Shown: positions 9,211-19,285, numbered from the stretch's first letter. The stretch: DNA of 41,800 bases from Desulfovibrio sp. (GCA_031275955.1 JAISNZ010000015.1:1-41800); one strand, 5' to 3'. A program made the numbers and translations. The notes: generated by a model not told the origin, from the sequence alone.

Positions 9211-9674
9211 CAGAGCCTCCCGGAAAGCAGGGCGGCGGCGGGACGCCCGCTGCGGAATTTTCCGCCGGCGCCGTAAGTGTTTTGCTGCCTGGGGGTAATC
9301 TGCTCATACAGGCAGGAGAGCAGGGCCTGGCTCTGATTCAGGAGGGCCAGGGACAGCTCGGCATTGCGCGACGCCCGGCGGGCGGCGCTCTGCTCCAGGG
9401 AATCGATGAGGGCGTAAAGCCGGGAAACGGCGGCCCCGTCCTCTTCCGGCAGCATGCCGGCGTACTCCGGAACGGTCGTTTTCTGCAGAATATTTTTCAG
9501 GTCCAGGCGCTCCGCGACGATCTGGCGCAAAAGCTGGTGGATGGAAAATTCCAGGCCGGCGACGGCGTCCGTATCGCGCTTCTGCAGGAGGACGTATTCT
9601 TCTTCCAGAAGCGAGTGTAACAGTTCCAGGGCCTTGAATTGACGGGTAAGATTCCCGAGGATGCGCGTAAGCAT
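9210..9674 (-). CDS. flgN: Flagellar export chaperone FlgN
   Basis: 154-aa helical protein directly upstream of flgK; LLEEEYVLL, RNAEL. Confidence 0.8.
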   Translation of the reverse strand: MLTRILGNLTRQFKALELLHSLLEEEYVLLQKRDTDAVAGLEFSIHQLLRQIVAERLDLKNILQKTTVPEYAGMLPEEDGAAVSRLYALIDSLEQSAARRASRNAELSLALLNQSQALLSCLYEQITPRQQNTYGAGGKFRSGRPAAALLSGRL

Positions 9675-9707
9675 GGCGCCGCCTTTTGCAAAGGGTTCAC
9701 ATTCCGT

Positions 9708-10955
9708 TTATTCCCTGTCCGCCGGAGGCAGCCTTTTGATGGCGGTTTCCGGGTTCAGGGCCATTTCTCCCCGCTTCAGGGCGAAAAACAGAGGGGCAGA
9801 ATTTTCCTCTTTTCCCGAAGCGGGACTCTGCGCCTGAATTTTTGCAAATTCCGTGCCCAGGGCAACCGGATCGCCGATTTGCAGATCCCCGGCCTCGACA
9901 TTGCCGTAGTAGCTCAGCAGCCCGTCCCTGTGCTCCAGAACAAGGGTCTGGCAGCCTTCACGCCGGCCGGAAAAAACGACGGTCCCGTCCTGGACGGCCC
10001 GCACGGATTCCCCGGGGACTCCGTCCAGGGTGATGCCGGAATTCCAGCGCCGCCCCCCGCCCGGATCTTCCGTCCAGCCGAAGGGGCTGACCACCTTGCC
10101 GTCATAGGGCCAGAGGATTTCCGGAGGCTTAAGTCCCTGATAGCGTTCCCGGGCCGCTGTCTCCGGGGCGGCCTTTGCCTCCGCCGGACCATCCCGGCGT
10201 CCCAGGGAACTTGCCGGTTTGGGCTTGGCGGAAACCAGGGGGGTTCCCTGCCAGGTGCTGCCGCGAAGACCGGAGGCTCTTGCCACGGGGGCGGAAACCT
10301 TCCCGGCCTGTCGATCTTCCGGCCTTTCCGCCGCAAAGGACGGCCCCGCCGCTATTTCCGCCCGAATGGCGGCCCCCTTTGCCGAGGATCGCTCCAATTC
10401 CTCCAGATCCGCGCGGATCTCCGTCAAGGCCAGATCCAGGACATCCTCTTCCCCGGAGGAATTTTCCCCTCCCGTCAGAGGGGAATAGAGATCCTTTTCC
10501 GTCAGGGTCGTCTTTTCGGGAGTTCCCTGTCCCCGCGGCCTTCCCGCGGCGGCCGGGCGCATCAGCTCCTGGAGATTCCCGCGGGCCCCGGATGCGGTGG
10601 CGCGGGCCGTGCGGTCCAGTTGCTGGGAAAGCTGTCCGTAGAGCATGTCCGCAAGACCGATGCCCCCGGCGGAAGCCATTTTTTTGGCCAGTTCCACATC
10701 AAAGAGGGACTGATAGGTCTCCTCGTCCTTGCTGTGCAGATATCCTTCTTTGGGAACGGTCTTGCGCATCTGTTCCCAAAGTTTCTGGATGAAGATGGAT
10801 TCAAAGCCTTCGCAGGCCTCGCGCAGTTTTTTCCGCTCTGTCCTCGTGTCGCCCAGACGATTGCGCAGGGCGTCCATTTCCAGTTTGCGCCGGACAAGGT
10901 CGTTCTGGTCCGCCCCCAACAGGGCAAGAGAGGCGTCCGTGGGCAGGGCGTCCAT
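9708..10955 (-). CDS. flgJ: FlgJ-like rod-binding protein fused to an M23/LytM-fold domain
   Basis: KLREACEGFESIFIQKLWEQMRKT and GGIGLADMLYGQL (rod-binding); WPYDGKVVSPFG, VRAVQDGTVVFSG (M23 fold). Confidence 0.85.
   Translation of the reverse strand: MDALPTDASLALLGADQNDLVRRKLEMDALRNRLGDTRTERKKLREACEGFESIFIQKLWEQMRKTVPKEGYLHSKDEETYQSLFDVELAKKMASAGGIGLADMLYGQLSQQLDRTARATASGARGNLQELMRPAAAGRPRGQGTPEKTTLTEKDLYSPLTGGENSSGEEDVLDLALTEIRADLEELERSSAKGAAIRAEIAAGPSFAAERPEDRQAGKVSAPVARASGLRGSTWQGTPLVSAKPKPASSLGRRDGPAEAKAAPETAARERYQGLKPPEILWPYDGKVVSPFGWTEDPGGGRRWNSGITLDGVPGESVRAVQDGTVVFSGRREGCQTLVLEHRDGLLSYYGNVEAGDLQIGDPVALGTEFAKIQAQSPASGKEENSAPLFFALKRGEMALNPETAIKRLPPADRE
9843..9858 (-). promoter_or_regulatory. 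Candidate internal sigma54 promoter for flgN-flgK
   Basis: Minus strand GGGCACGGAATTTGCA, GG-N10-GC spacing, ~170 bp upstream of flgN, inside flgJ. Confidence 0.45.
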
Positions 10956-10956
10956 C

Positions 10957-12093
10957 CTAAATTACCTCCAGCTGGGCATGGAGAGCTCCCGCCGCCTTCA
11001 TGGCCCGCAGGATGGAGATGAGGTCGCGCGGGGTGGCCCCCACGGCATTGAGGCCGTCCACCAGCTCCTGAAGGGTGGCGCCTTCCATGATGTTCAAACG
11101 GCGTTCCTCTTCCCTGCTGGCCAGATCCGTGCTGGGCGTGACCACGGTGCCGCCGCCGCTGAACATGCCCGGCTGCGAGACATCCAGGTTCTCCTGGACC
11201 ATGACCTGCAAATTGCCGTGGGCCACAGCCACCCTGGTAATCCGGACGTCGCGGCCGAGGATGATGGTGCCCGTCTTTTCGTCCACCACCACTTTGGCCG
11301 CGCTGTCCGGAATGATTTCAATGTTTTCCAGCGAAGCCATCAGCGGGACGATGTTGCCTTTGAAGTCGCTGGGGATCGCCATGCGTATCGAGCCCACATC
11401 CTGGGCCACGGCGAAATTGCCGCCAAGGGCGGTGTTGATGCGTTCCACCACCTGGTTGGTGGTGGAAAAATCCGGCGCGTGCATGGACAGGGTCAGATGG
11501 TCCATGCTGTTGAATTCAAAAGGCACGGAGCGTTCCACAATCCCTCCGCCCGGAACCTGGGCCACCGTGGTGATGTTTTTCTGGGCCTGGGCCTGATTGC
11601 CCGTCAGCGTGAATCCGCCCACGGCCAAAGCCCCCTGGGCCAGGGCATAAATTTTGCCGTCCACGCCCTTGAGGGGGGTCTGGATCAGAACCCCGCCCAG
11701 CAGGCTGGTGCTGTCGCCCAAGGAGGAAACCGTAACATCCAGACGGGAACCGGGTTTGGCGGAAACCGGCATTCTGGCCGTGACCATGACCGAGGCCACG
11801 TTTTTGGGCTTCATCTGCTTCAGATCCACCTGCACGCCCATCTTTTCCAGCATGTTGACCATGGAGCGCATGGTAAAGGCGGCGTCCTTCTTGTCGCCGG
11901 TTCCCGAAAGTCCGACCACGAGGCCGTAGCCGACAAGCTGGTTGTCCCGCACCCCGCTGAAGGAGGCGATATCTTTGATGCGCACGGCAAAAGCGTCCCG
12001 GGCAAAGCCGATCAGCCCGAGGGTGAGGATGAGGAGGCCGGCGATCCAGGCCGCCCCTTTGTTCGCCGTTCGTGTTCCGCCTGCGGTTTTCAT
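10957..12093 (-). CDS. flgI: Flagellar P-ring protein
   Basis: [50 protein letters not shown]. Confidence 0.97.
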   Translation of the reverse strand: MKTAGGTRTANKGAAWIAGLLILTLGLIGFARDAFAVRIKDIASFSGVRDNQLVGYGLVVGLSGTGDKKDAAFTMRSMVNMLEKMGVQVDLKQMKPKNVASVMVTARMPVSAKPGSRLDVTVSSLGDSTSLLGGVLIQTPLKGVDGKIYALAQGALAVGGFTLTGNQAQAQKNITTVAQVPGGGIVERSVPFEFNSMDHLTLSMHAPDFSTTNQVVERINTALGGNFAVAQDVGSIRMAIPSDFKGNIVPLMASLENIEIIPDSAAKVVVDEKTGTIILGRDVRITRVAVAHGNLQVMVQENLDVSQPGMFSGGGTVVTPSTDLASREEERRLNIMEGATLQELVDGLNAVGATPRDLISILRAMKAAGALHAQLEVI

Positions 12094-12147
12094 GTCTTCT
12101 CCTTCTCCGGATGCCAGCTGTCAGAAATCTGTCCGCGCCCTCACCAT

Positions 12148-12164
12148 AGCAAAATACGCGCCAA
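12148..12164 (-). promoter_or_regulatory. Sigma54 (-24/-12) promoter of the flgI operon
   Basis: Minus strand TTGGCGCGTATTTTGCT matches TGGCACG-N4-TTGCW, ~55 bp upstream of the flgI ATG. Confidence 0.85.
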
Positions 12165-12268
12165 GACCGGAAATCCCGGGGAAACCAGGAAACGCCGAGG
12201 GACGCTCGTGAAAAACGCGGGGAAAGTTTTGATGGGAAGGGGGGGATGCTCTCCGCCGGGGCCGGCCA

Positions 12269-13465
12269 TCAGGACTGGTAGCGGCGGGGGTTCCTGCCTA
12301 AGGCGGTAAAGACCTCGTAGGGGATGGTGCCCCATTCCCCGGCGATGTCCCACATGGAAATCGCCCCGGGGCCTTCGCCGCCCAGAAGGTAGGCCGCGTC
12401 GCCGCGCGCCGCGCCGGGCACGCGGCCCACGTCCACCATGTGCATCTGCATGCAGAGATTCCCGATCCTCGGGCAGCGCTCTCCCCGGATGCACACCTGT
12501 CCCTTGCCGGAAAGCAGGCGGCTCAATCCGTCCGCGTACCCCGCGCCGACAACCGCGATGCGCATGTCTTTCCCGGCCGTGAAGATCCCTCCGTAACTGA
12601 CGGACTGCCCCCGGGCCAGGTCATGTACCCCCAGTACCGGCGCGGCCGCCTCCATGACGGGAAGAAGCGCCCGGCCCAAATGTTCTCTGGCGGTGCCGGA
12701 GAACGGGTTGCCGCCATAAAGGGCGAAGCCGATCCGGGAGACCTGCGGCGGCAAAGATCCGAGATGGATATCCCGGGCGAGGTGGCAGGCCGAATTGGCG
12801 AGGGAAAGGGCAATATCCGGCCAAAAGGCGCGCATGGCCGCATAGGCCGCAAGGAAGCGCTCAGCCTGTCCGCTTACGGACTCATCCCGGGCGGGATTGT
12901 CCGCAAAGGCAAGGTGTGAAAGAAGCATTGCCGGGCGAAGATTGGCCAGCGAGCGCAGGGCTGTAATGCACTCTTGCATCTCGTGGGCGCGAAAGCCAAG
13001 GCGCGCCAAGCCCGTGTCAACCTTGATCGCCACCGGGAGAGGGTCCGGGCCGGACCAGGCGGCGCTGACCTGGGCGGCCTGCCCGGCTGAGGCGACCAGC
13101 GGGGTGATTCTGTGGGCGACAGCCGAGGCGGCATCCTCGGGACTTTGCGCGCCGAGCAGCGAGAGTACGGAGATCTCTTGTCCCGTATCCCCGAGGAACT
13201 TGCGCAGGATAACCCCCTCAGCCACGCCGCCCACGGCCAGATTCCGGCAGCCCGCGTCCAGAAGCGCGCGGGCAACCGCTTCCAGGCCGTGCCCGTAGGC
13301 GTCGCTCTTGATGACGCCCATGGGCTGGCAGTCCTTGGCCAGGGAGGAAAGAAAGAGCCAGTTGCGGCGCAGATTGCCCAGATTGATGCGGGTTACCGGC
13401 AACCCCGCCGGAAGATCCGGACGATGGGCGTCGGCGGAACCTGTCACGTCAGCGAATAGTGTCAT
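12269..13465 (-). CDS. alr: Alanine racemase
   Basis: VIKSDAYGHG (PLP Lys), KVDTGLARLG, VSYGG (catalytic Tyr), GYADG, GTIPYE. Confidence 0.93.
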   Translation of the reverse strand: MTLFADVTGSADAHRPDLPAGLPVTRINLGNLRRNWLFLSSLAKDCQPMGVIKSDAYGHGLEAVARALLDAGCRNLAVGGVAEGVILRKFLGDTGQEISVLSLLGAQSPEDAASAVAHRITPLVASAGQAAQVSAAWSGPDPLPVAIKVDTGLARLGFRAHEMQECITALRSLANLRPAMLLSHLAFADNPARDESVSGQAERFLAAYAAMRAFWPDIALSLANSACHLARDIHLGSLPPQVSRIGFALYGGNPFSGTAREHLGRALLPVMEAAAPVLGVHDLARGQSVSYGGIFTAGKDMRIAVVGAGYADGLSRLLSGKGQVCIRGERCPRIGNLCMQMHMVDVGRVPGAARGDAAYLLGGEGPGAISMWDIAGEWGTIPYEVFTALGRNPRRYQS

Positions 13466-13631
13466 GCTGTTTCCCGGACCTGCCGCTTGCAGGGGAAAAG
13501 GGTATACCCGTCCTTGTGGATGCCGGGTATGCTTTAACGCGCGGCACTGAGCCCGGCTTGGCCTGGATCCGTGGCCTGAAGCCTGCTGCCCCGTGAGCGA
13601 TTACGCCATTTCCATTCGTTGGCAACAGAAA

Positions 13632-13886
13632 CTATCTGAAAAAGGCGAGAACGGCCACCGGCAAGGCGGTCTGGGCGATGAAGCCGCCGGCCATCCAGCG
13701 GAGGATGTCGTGCTTCGCATTGGCGATTTCGGCGCGCAATTCGGTTTTGGTCGCCGGCAGACCTCTTTCCAGGTCCGCCTTGGCGGCAAGATCCTGCCGC
13801 CATTTTTCGTCGGCGCGTTCAAACACATGGGCGATGACGGCCTCTTCGACCAACGCCTTTTCAAGCTTTTTGGAATCGTCGAACAA
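13632..13886 (-). CDS. Small DUF1640/CCDC90-like coiled-coil protein with C-terminal membrane anchor; start uncertain, possibly degenerate
   Basis: DLAAKADL...TKTELRAEIANAKHDILRWMAGGFIAQTAL; no in-frame ATG near the expected start, TTG at 13886 chosen. Confidence 0.55.
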   Translation of the reverse strand: MFDDSKKLEKALVEEAVIAHVFERADEKWRQDLAAKADLERGLPATKTELRAEIANAKHDILRWMAGGFIAQTALPVAVLAFFR

Positions 13887-13987
13887 CAGCAGGGGGAATC
13901 TCTTTTTGAGGAATATAGCCGCGCCGGGCGCGAATGGCAAGACGCTCCCAGAATTCCTGCGGCCAGAAAAAATCAGCGTTTCCCTAA

Positions 13988-16900
13988 TTACAGGCTCCCG
14001 GTGGGGGAATAGCGGGAGGCGTTGTCCAGGATCCCGGCGCTGTTGAGTTCGGCGGCGGCGGTTTTGCCGTAGGTGTCCCCGGGGTATTTTTGGGCGATCT
14101 CGGTGAGCTGGCGGCGCCAGGCTTCCTCGTCGCCCTGGCGTTTATAGATGCGGGCCATGCGGTAGAGTACGCCCGCGCGGGCGGGATTGTCCTCGGCCAG
14201 GAAGGAGAGATATTGCTGGGCGAACTCCAGGGCTTCGCGCAGGCGGCCGGCGGTTTCGGTCACATCCATGAGGGAGCCGGTTTGGGCCTGAATCTTGCCG
14301 TAATCCGCCGTGGCCGCGTCCTTTTCCGCTTCGGCCAGAAGGCGGCTCAAGGCTTCCTTGCCCAGGAGGTAGGCGCGCTCCAGTTCCTGGTCGCGCTCGG
14401 CGGCGCGGGCCAGGAAAAAGGCGGCCAGGGCCTGTTCGTGCGCAGAGAGCAGGCCGGACTCATAGAGTTTTTTCCAGAGCGGTCCGGCAACGGCGGGCTC
14501 GTCCAGATTTTCGGCGGCCAGGGCCAGGGCGAAATCCAGGGAGCGCCGGGCGTCGGGGGTGAGTTCCCATAAGGCAATCTGCCGCGCCACCTGGCGGATG
14601 GCGTCCCACTGTTCGTAATTCAGGTAAATGCCGAGAACCAGGCTCAGGGCCATTTCCGAATATTCCGGCACCTTGTGCCCCAGAAAGAAGGGCTCCACAG
14701 CCGCCAGGGCGTCATCGGGACGATTGCTGTCCCTGTAGCTCACGGCCAGGGCGATGCGGCTTTCCGGCGGCATCTCGGCCTGCTGATCCCGGACAAAGGG
14801 ATAGCGTTCCCAGATTTCCCGCATGCGGCCGTAGCGATTGTCCAGGACGCTCTCGGTGGAAAGCACGGCAAAGGTCTGCATGCCCACCTCTTTTATCTTG
14901 GGCGCCAGCTCGTCGCCGGGATACTTTTTGAGGAAATCGGCGCAGGTTTCCAGGGCGTTGAGATAGTCCTTTTTCCAGAGATACCACATGGCCAGCTTGA
15001 GTTCGGCCAGGGGCGCCAGGGCGCTGTCCGCGTGCTTTTCGGCGATGGTGCGGTAGACATCGACGGGAGCCATGGTGAAGCGGCGGTCAAAAACAGGGAA
15101 CATGTCCCGGAGAGACGGGACGTCATTGATGCCTTCCTCGGCAAGGCGCATCATGGACACCAGGGCGCCGTCCTTGCCTGGAAAACGCTGGATGGATTCT
15201 TCGTAGAGCTCACGGGCCGCGCCCGTTTCTCCCATCAGGCCGTAAATATCGCCGATGCGGGTAAGGATGACATCCGCCTCTTCGCCGCCGGGCTCGATAT
15301 TGACATAGGTCCAGTAGTGCTTGAGGGCGGTATCCAGCTTGTTCAGGCGAAAGGCCACGTCGCCCATCATGTTCAGGAAGGGCGGGTAGTCAAGGTAAAA
15401 ACGCTGCCAGCGGAGCTCGATGTATTCCACGACATCAAAGGATTCCTGATAATAGCCCATGCGGTAAAAGGAGCGGGCCAGACCCAGGGCGGCTTCCCGG
15501 GCATACCGGCTGTTGGGGTAATGCTGGAGCACATACTGGAATTCATCCGCCGCCTTGGGCAGTTCATCGCGGTTGAAGAAATAATCGCCCCAGTAATAGT
15601 AGGTCAGGGGGACATTTTCATTCTCGGGAAACTGGCGGCGGAGCATGTTGAACTGGGCCCTGGCCTCCGGAATGTTGTTCAGCTTCAGGTTCATGTACCC
15701 GAGCCGGAGCAGGGTTCCGGCGTTCCGGTGGGACTGCCGGTTGAAACTGATGGCCTGATTGGCCGCGTCGCTGATGAGGCGGTAATTTTCCGCCAGCTTG
15801 TCCTGATTCAGGGCGAAGAGGGCCTCTTCCCGAATGTGCAGGACCTCTTCCCGCTGATCCGGAGTCAGATCGGTCTGCCCCAGGAGTTTTTCCCCCTTTG
15901 CCAGGGCCGCGGCAAAGTTGCCGGCATCCATGTCCTTGCGGATTTCCGGCAGGGCCTGGGCGGGGTCCAGGGGAGGCTCCACCGGGTTGCCCTGTTCATC
16001 TTCATAGACAACGGCCTGCTCCTGCGCTTCCCCGCCCCGGCTTTCCGCAGCGGCGGGAGGGGTTTTCCCTTCTCCGGGGTGAGATTCCCCTCCGGCTGGC
16101 TCCGCGGGGGCAGCCTCTTCCGCCGGCTTTTTGCCGGCGGGGGCTTCCCCCGGACCGCCCAGGTTGATGATCCCGTCATGAACGGGACCGGCGCCGGCGG
16201 CGGGTTGAACCCCGGCTGTAAGCGCGGAGGAGGCGGCGGCCGGAGGCGCGGCCGGGGATGGGGTCGAGGGCGCGGCCTGGGGCGTGGAGGCCGGAGAGAG
16301 GGGCCGCAGGACGCCTGACTCTCCCGGCGCGGCGATATGTTCCCGGCCGAGAGGGGAAACCGTGTCCGGCCGGGGCGGGGGAGAGGCGTCGCCCGGGGTG
16401 GCGGCTGGCGCGGAGGCCGTTTCCGGCGGGACGGGAGCGAGGTTCGGCAGGGGCGCCGCGCGCGGATCCGTTTCCCGCCGGGAATCCAGGAAGGGTCTGC
16501 GTTCGGAGGCGTTGGCTGCCAAAGGTCCGGGCGGATCGCTTTCCGGGGCAAGGGACGGCCTTGTCTCCAAAGTCGGACCCTGGGTTTGCGCCGCCGCGGA
16601 GATTGTAGTCCGGCCTGCTGCCGGGGCGGGCGCCGCGGCTGCCGCCTGGGGGGCTTGCCTTGCCTCCGGGATTGCCCCCTGGTCCGTTGCCGGAACGGGC
16701 GCCGCGGCTGCCGCGGGGGGGGCTTGCAGCGCCGTTGGAACGGACGGGGGATCGGGCGGGGTTACGGGTTGCGCTGAGGGCAAAGGGCTGTCCGGCCCGG
16801 GGCTGCCCGCGGCGGTGGCGTTGCGGGCAACGGAAGGATCCGCGCCCATTTCCCGCATGACCCTGGGAGGGACGGCATTGGCGGCCCCGGCGGGGTCCAC

Positions 16901-17386
16901 CTGGAGGGCGGCGTCAGCGGCATTGGCTGGTTCCAGGGGCTGCAACCCGACATCAGGGGGGATTTCCGTCACCGGAGAGGGGCCGGGGGGCTTCCAGCGC
17001 GCTCCCAGCGCGTTGGGGAAAAAATCGACGGCCAGTTCCGTGGGGGTCCGGGAGGCTACCATAAACCCGAATTCCGGGGTTTTCGTCGTCAGGACCAGGG
17101 AACGTCCCAGTTGGCGGGTGCCGAGAAAAATTTTCGCCTCCGGCGGGGCGGTCTGCCTTTCCAGACCGGACGGCACCTGGGTGAAGGGAATGAGCACGCC
17201 GTGCAGGTCAATGCGCGCCACGGGTCCTGCTATGCCTTCAGGGGAATCCATGGCGATGGTCACGCGCTCTCTGTCCGGCAGACCCTCCCAGCGCAGGACG
17301 GCCGCGAGGCCCGGCGCGGGAACGAGCAGGCCCGGAAGAAGGGCCGCGCAAAGAATCCGGAGCAATCCGGCAAGGAGGTGACGCAT
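13988..17386 (-). CDS. Large exported tetratricopeptide-repeat protein with long Pro/Ala-rich linker
   Basis: ATG 17386 with GGGAG SD, signal peptide, long Pro/Ala low-complexity region, many TPR-like units (YYWGDYFF...YPNS, LARSFYRMG, LYRMARIY...YPGD). Confidence 0.88.
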   Translation of the reverse strand: MRHLLAGLLRILCAALLPGLLVPAPGLAAVLRWEGLPDRERVTIAMDSPEGIAGPVARIDLHGVLIPFTQVPSGLERQTAPPEAKIFLGTRQLGRSLVLTTKTPEFGFMVASRTPTELAVDFFPNALGARWKPPGPSPVTEIPPDVGLQPLEPANAADAALQVDPAGAANAVPPRVMREMGADPSVARNATAAGSPGPDSPLPSAQPVTPPDPPSVPTALQAPPAAAAAPVPATDQGAIPEARQAPQAAAAAPAPAAGRTTISAAAQTQGPTLETRPSLAPESDPPGPLAANASERRPFLDSRRETDPRAAPLPNLAPVPPETASAPAATPGDASPPPRPDTVSPLGREHIAAPGESGVLRPLSPASTPQAAPSTPSPAAPPAAASSALTAGVQPAAGAGPVHDGIINLGGPGEAPAGKKPAEEAAPAEPAGGESHPGEGKTPPAAAESRGGEAQEQAVVYEDEQGNPVEPPLDPAQALPEIRKDMDAGNFAAALAKGEKLLGQTDLTPDQREEVLHIREEALFALNQDKLAENYRLISDAANQAISFNRQSHRNAGTLLRLGYMNLKLNNIPEARAQFNMLRRQFPENENVPLTYYYWGDYFFNRDELPKAADEFQYVLQHYPNSRYAREAALGLARSFYRMGYYQESFDVVEYIELRWQRFYLDYPPFLNMMGDVAFRLNKLDTALKHYWTYVNIEPGGEEADVILTRIGDIYGLMGETGAARELYEESIQRFPGKDGALVSMMRLAEEGINDVPSLRDMFPVFDRRFTMAPVDVYRTIAEKHADSALAPLAELKLAMWYLWKKDYLNALETCADFLKKYPGDELAPKIKEVGMQTFAVLSTESVLDNRYGRMREIWERYPFVRDQQAEMPPESRIALAVSYRDSNRPDDALAAVEPFFLGHKVPEYSEMALSLVLGIYLNYEQWDAIRQVARQIALWELTPDARRSLDFALALAAENLDEPAVAGPLWKKLYESGLLSAHEQALAAFFLARAAERDQELERAYLLGKEALSRLLAEAEKDAATADYGKIQAQTGSLMDVTETAGRLREALEFAQQYLSFLAEDNPARAGVLYRMARIYKRQGDEEAWRRQLTEIAQKYPGDTYGKTAAAELNSAGILDNASRYSPTGSL

Positions 17387-17452
17387 GGCGCTCCCATAAT
17401 GCAATTTTCATACTAGAGCAAATCAGCAGGGAAAAGAGATCCTTCGCTCTGC

Positions 17453-17471
17453 GGGGTTTGGGGCGGAGCCC
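17453..17471 (+). repeat. REP-like GC-rich element
   Basis: GGGGTTTGGGGCGGAGCCC, similar to 35462-35480 and to the reverse complement of 40326-40345. Confidence 0.5.
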
Positions 17472-17493
17472 AGGCGCGTTCCCGAGGAAAATC

Positions 17494-18507
17494 CTATTCC
17501 ATATTCCGTTTTTTCAGTTTTTCAATCAGGGTGGTCCGCTTGATGCCTAGGATCTCCGCGGCCTGATTTTTCACGCCATCGGCCAGGGTCAGGGCTTCGG
17601 TCAACAGACGCTCTTCGGCAGTATCCAGAAATTCCTTGAGGCCGAGATTTTTCTCCCGCAAATCCGCCACAGTGGGCCAGACGAATCCGCTTGGCGCGGC
17701 CGGGGCACTTAAGGGGGAGGGCAGGGCGGCAATGTCGCCCACCTGGTTCAGAATCTTGGCCGGCAGATCCTCCAGGCCGATGGTGCTGTCATCGCAAAGA
17801 ATGGACAGACGTTCGGCCAGATTTTCCAGTTCGCGCACATTGCCCGGCCAGAGGTAGGCCTGCAGAGCCTTTGCCGCTTCCTCGCCCAGCTGCAGGACGG
17901 GCCGCTTCTTGAGGGCGCAAAAGTGCCGCAGGAAATGCCGGACCAGCAGGAGGACATCCCCTTCCCGCTCCCGCAGGGGAGGCAGATGCAGGGGAATGAC
18001 GTTGAGGCGGTAAAAGAGGTCTTCCCGAAAGCGGCCGGCGGCGACTTCCTCTTCCAGGTCGCGGTTGGTGGCGGCGACAATGCGCACGTTGACCTTGCGC
18101 GCGCTTGTTCCTCCCACCCTCTCGATCTCCCGTTCCTGTAGCACCCGCAAAATCTTGACCTGAAGGGCAATGTCCATCTCGCCGATTTCATCCAGAAACA
18201 CCGTTCCGGTGTCGGCCAGTTCAAAACGGCCGGGGCGCGTATGGATGGCGTGGGTAAAGGCCCCTTTTTCATGTCCGAAAAGTTCGGATTCCAGCAGCTC
18301 CTTGGGGATGGCTCCACAGTTGATGGGCACAAATGGTCTGTCCCGGCGCGGACTTTTCTGATGCAGGGCGCGGACCAGCAATTCCTTGCCCGTGCCCGAT
18401 TCTCCCGTGACCAGAACCGTGCTGTCCGTGGGCGCGACCTTGTCCAGAGTGCGGAAAACTTCTCTGAGGGATGTTCCCTGGCCAATGATGCCGATATCGG
18501 AATTCAT
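17494..18507 (-). CDS. Sigma54-dependent enhancer-binding protein lacking an N-terminal sensor domain (FlrA/FleQ-like candidate)
   Basis: [49 protein letters not shown]-terminal [15 protein letters not shown]. Confidence 0.93.
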   Translation of the reverse strand: MNSDIGIIGQGTSLREVFRTLDKVAPTDSTVLVTGESGTGKELLVRALHQKSPRRDRPFVPINCGAIPKELLESELFGHEKGAFTHAIHTRPGRFELADTGTVFLDEIGEMDIALQVKILRVLQEREIERVGGTSARKVNVRIVAATNRDLEEEVAAGRFREDLFYRLNVIPLHLPPLREREGDVLLLVRHFLRHFCALKKRPVLQLGEEAAKALQAYLWPGNVRELENLAERLSILCDDSTIGLEDLPAKILNQVGDIAALPSPLSAPAAPSGFVWPTVADLREKNLGLKEFLDTAEERLLTEALTLADGVKNQAAEILGIKRTTLIEKLKKRNME

Positions 18508-18578
18508 GCGCGTCCTCCGGCGCCGCGGGGCGGCGCCTGGTCATCCCCCGCCCGGCGCGGGAAACCTCTTTTGCCAAC

Positions 18579-18602
18579 TGTCAATTATATGACAAAAAGT
18601 CA
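18579..18602. promoter_or_regulatory. TGTCA-N6-TGACA operator next to a TTGACT -35-like hexamer upstream of the activator gene
   Basis: TGTCAATTATATGACA (18579-18594) plus adjoining TGAC-N5-GTCA. Confidence 0.6.
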
Positions 18603-18814
18603 AGGGGCCGGGCGGAATTTTCCGGATGCCCGCGGCAGGGCCGGGGTTGCGAAAAAAAGAGGGAAAACAGCGAGGATGAATCAAAAAAACTTTCTTCTTC
18701 CGGAAAAACAGGGTATAAAGAAATGGGCAGGCATGTTCCTTGAGGCAGACCGGGTGGCGGTTTGCTGCGAACATGTCGTCTGTGTATGCGCACTGCCAAG
18801 AAAAGGAGAGTACC

Positions 18815-19261
18815 ATGCAACCGCTCAGCATCAAGAAAGTTCTTTGCGCTGTTGATTTCTCTCAACAAAGCGAGCTGGTGGCGCAACAGGCCGTCGCCAT
18901 CGCCAAGTCCTTCTCCGCGGCTGTGGAATTTCTCCATATCTCTCCTGTCATGAGCGACAGCGGGGGACACCATGAGGTGGACCCCCAGAAAGTCCGCTCT
19001 CTGGAACAAGAGATCTTTGAGAGCTCTTCCGGGGCGATGGATCGCTTTGTACAAACGCACGCGGCCGGGATAGAGGCGACGGGAAAGGTGCTGCTGGGCT
19101 ACCCGGCGGAGTTGATTTTGCAGCGGGCCAAAGAAATCGGGGCGGACTTCATCGTCATCGGCACCCACGGGCGAAAGGGCGTGGAACATCTGTTCTTTGG
19201 ATCCGTGGCGGAAAAAGTGGTTCGGGCGGCAACCGTTCCCGTGCTGGTTTCGCGCGGATAG
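18815..19261 (+). CDS. Universal stress protein (UspA family)
   Basis: SD AAGGAG; KKVLCAVDFS, GYPAELI, IVIGTHGRKG, FGSVAEKVVR. Confidence 0.95.
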   Translation: MQPLSIKKVLCAVDFSQQSELVAQQAVAIAKSFSAAVEFLHISPVMSDSGGHHEVDPQKVRSLEQEIFESSSGAMDRFVQTHAAGIEATGKVLLGYPAELILQRAKEIGADFIVIGTHGRKGVEHLFFGSVAEKVVRAATVPVLVSRG

Positions 19262-19285
19262 CCCCGATTCCGGCATCCTGACCTG

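Noticed and set aside
17400-17415. Sigma54-like TAGTATGAAAATTGCA upstream of the TPR gene
   Set aside because: -24 GG is AG and the site is too close to the start codon
18729-18743. Sigma54-like AGGCATGTTCCTTGA upstream of usp
   Set aside because: -12 reads GA rather than GC; too weak to call
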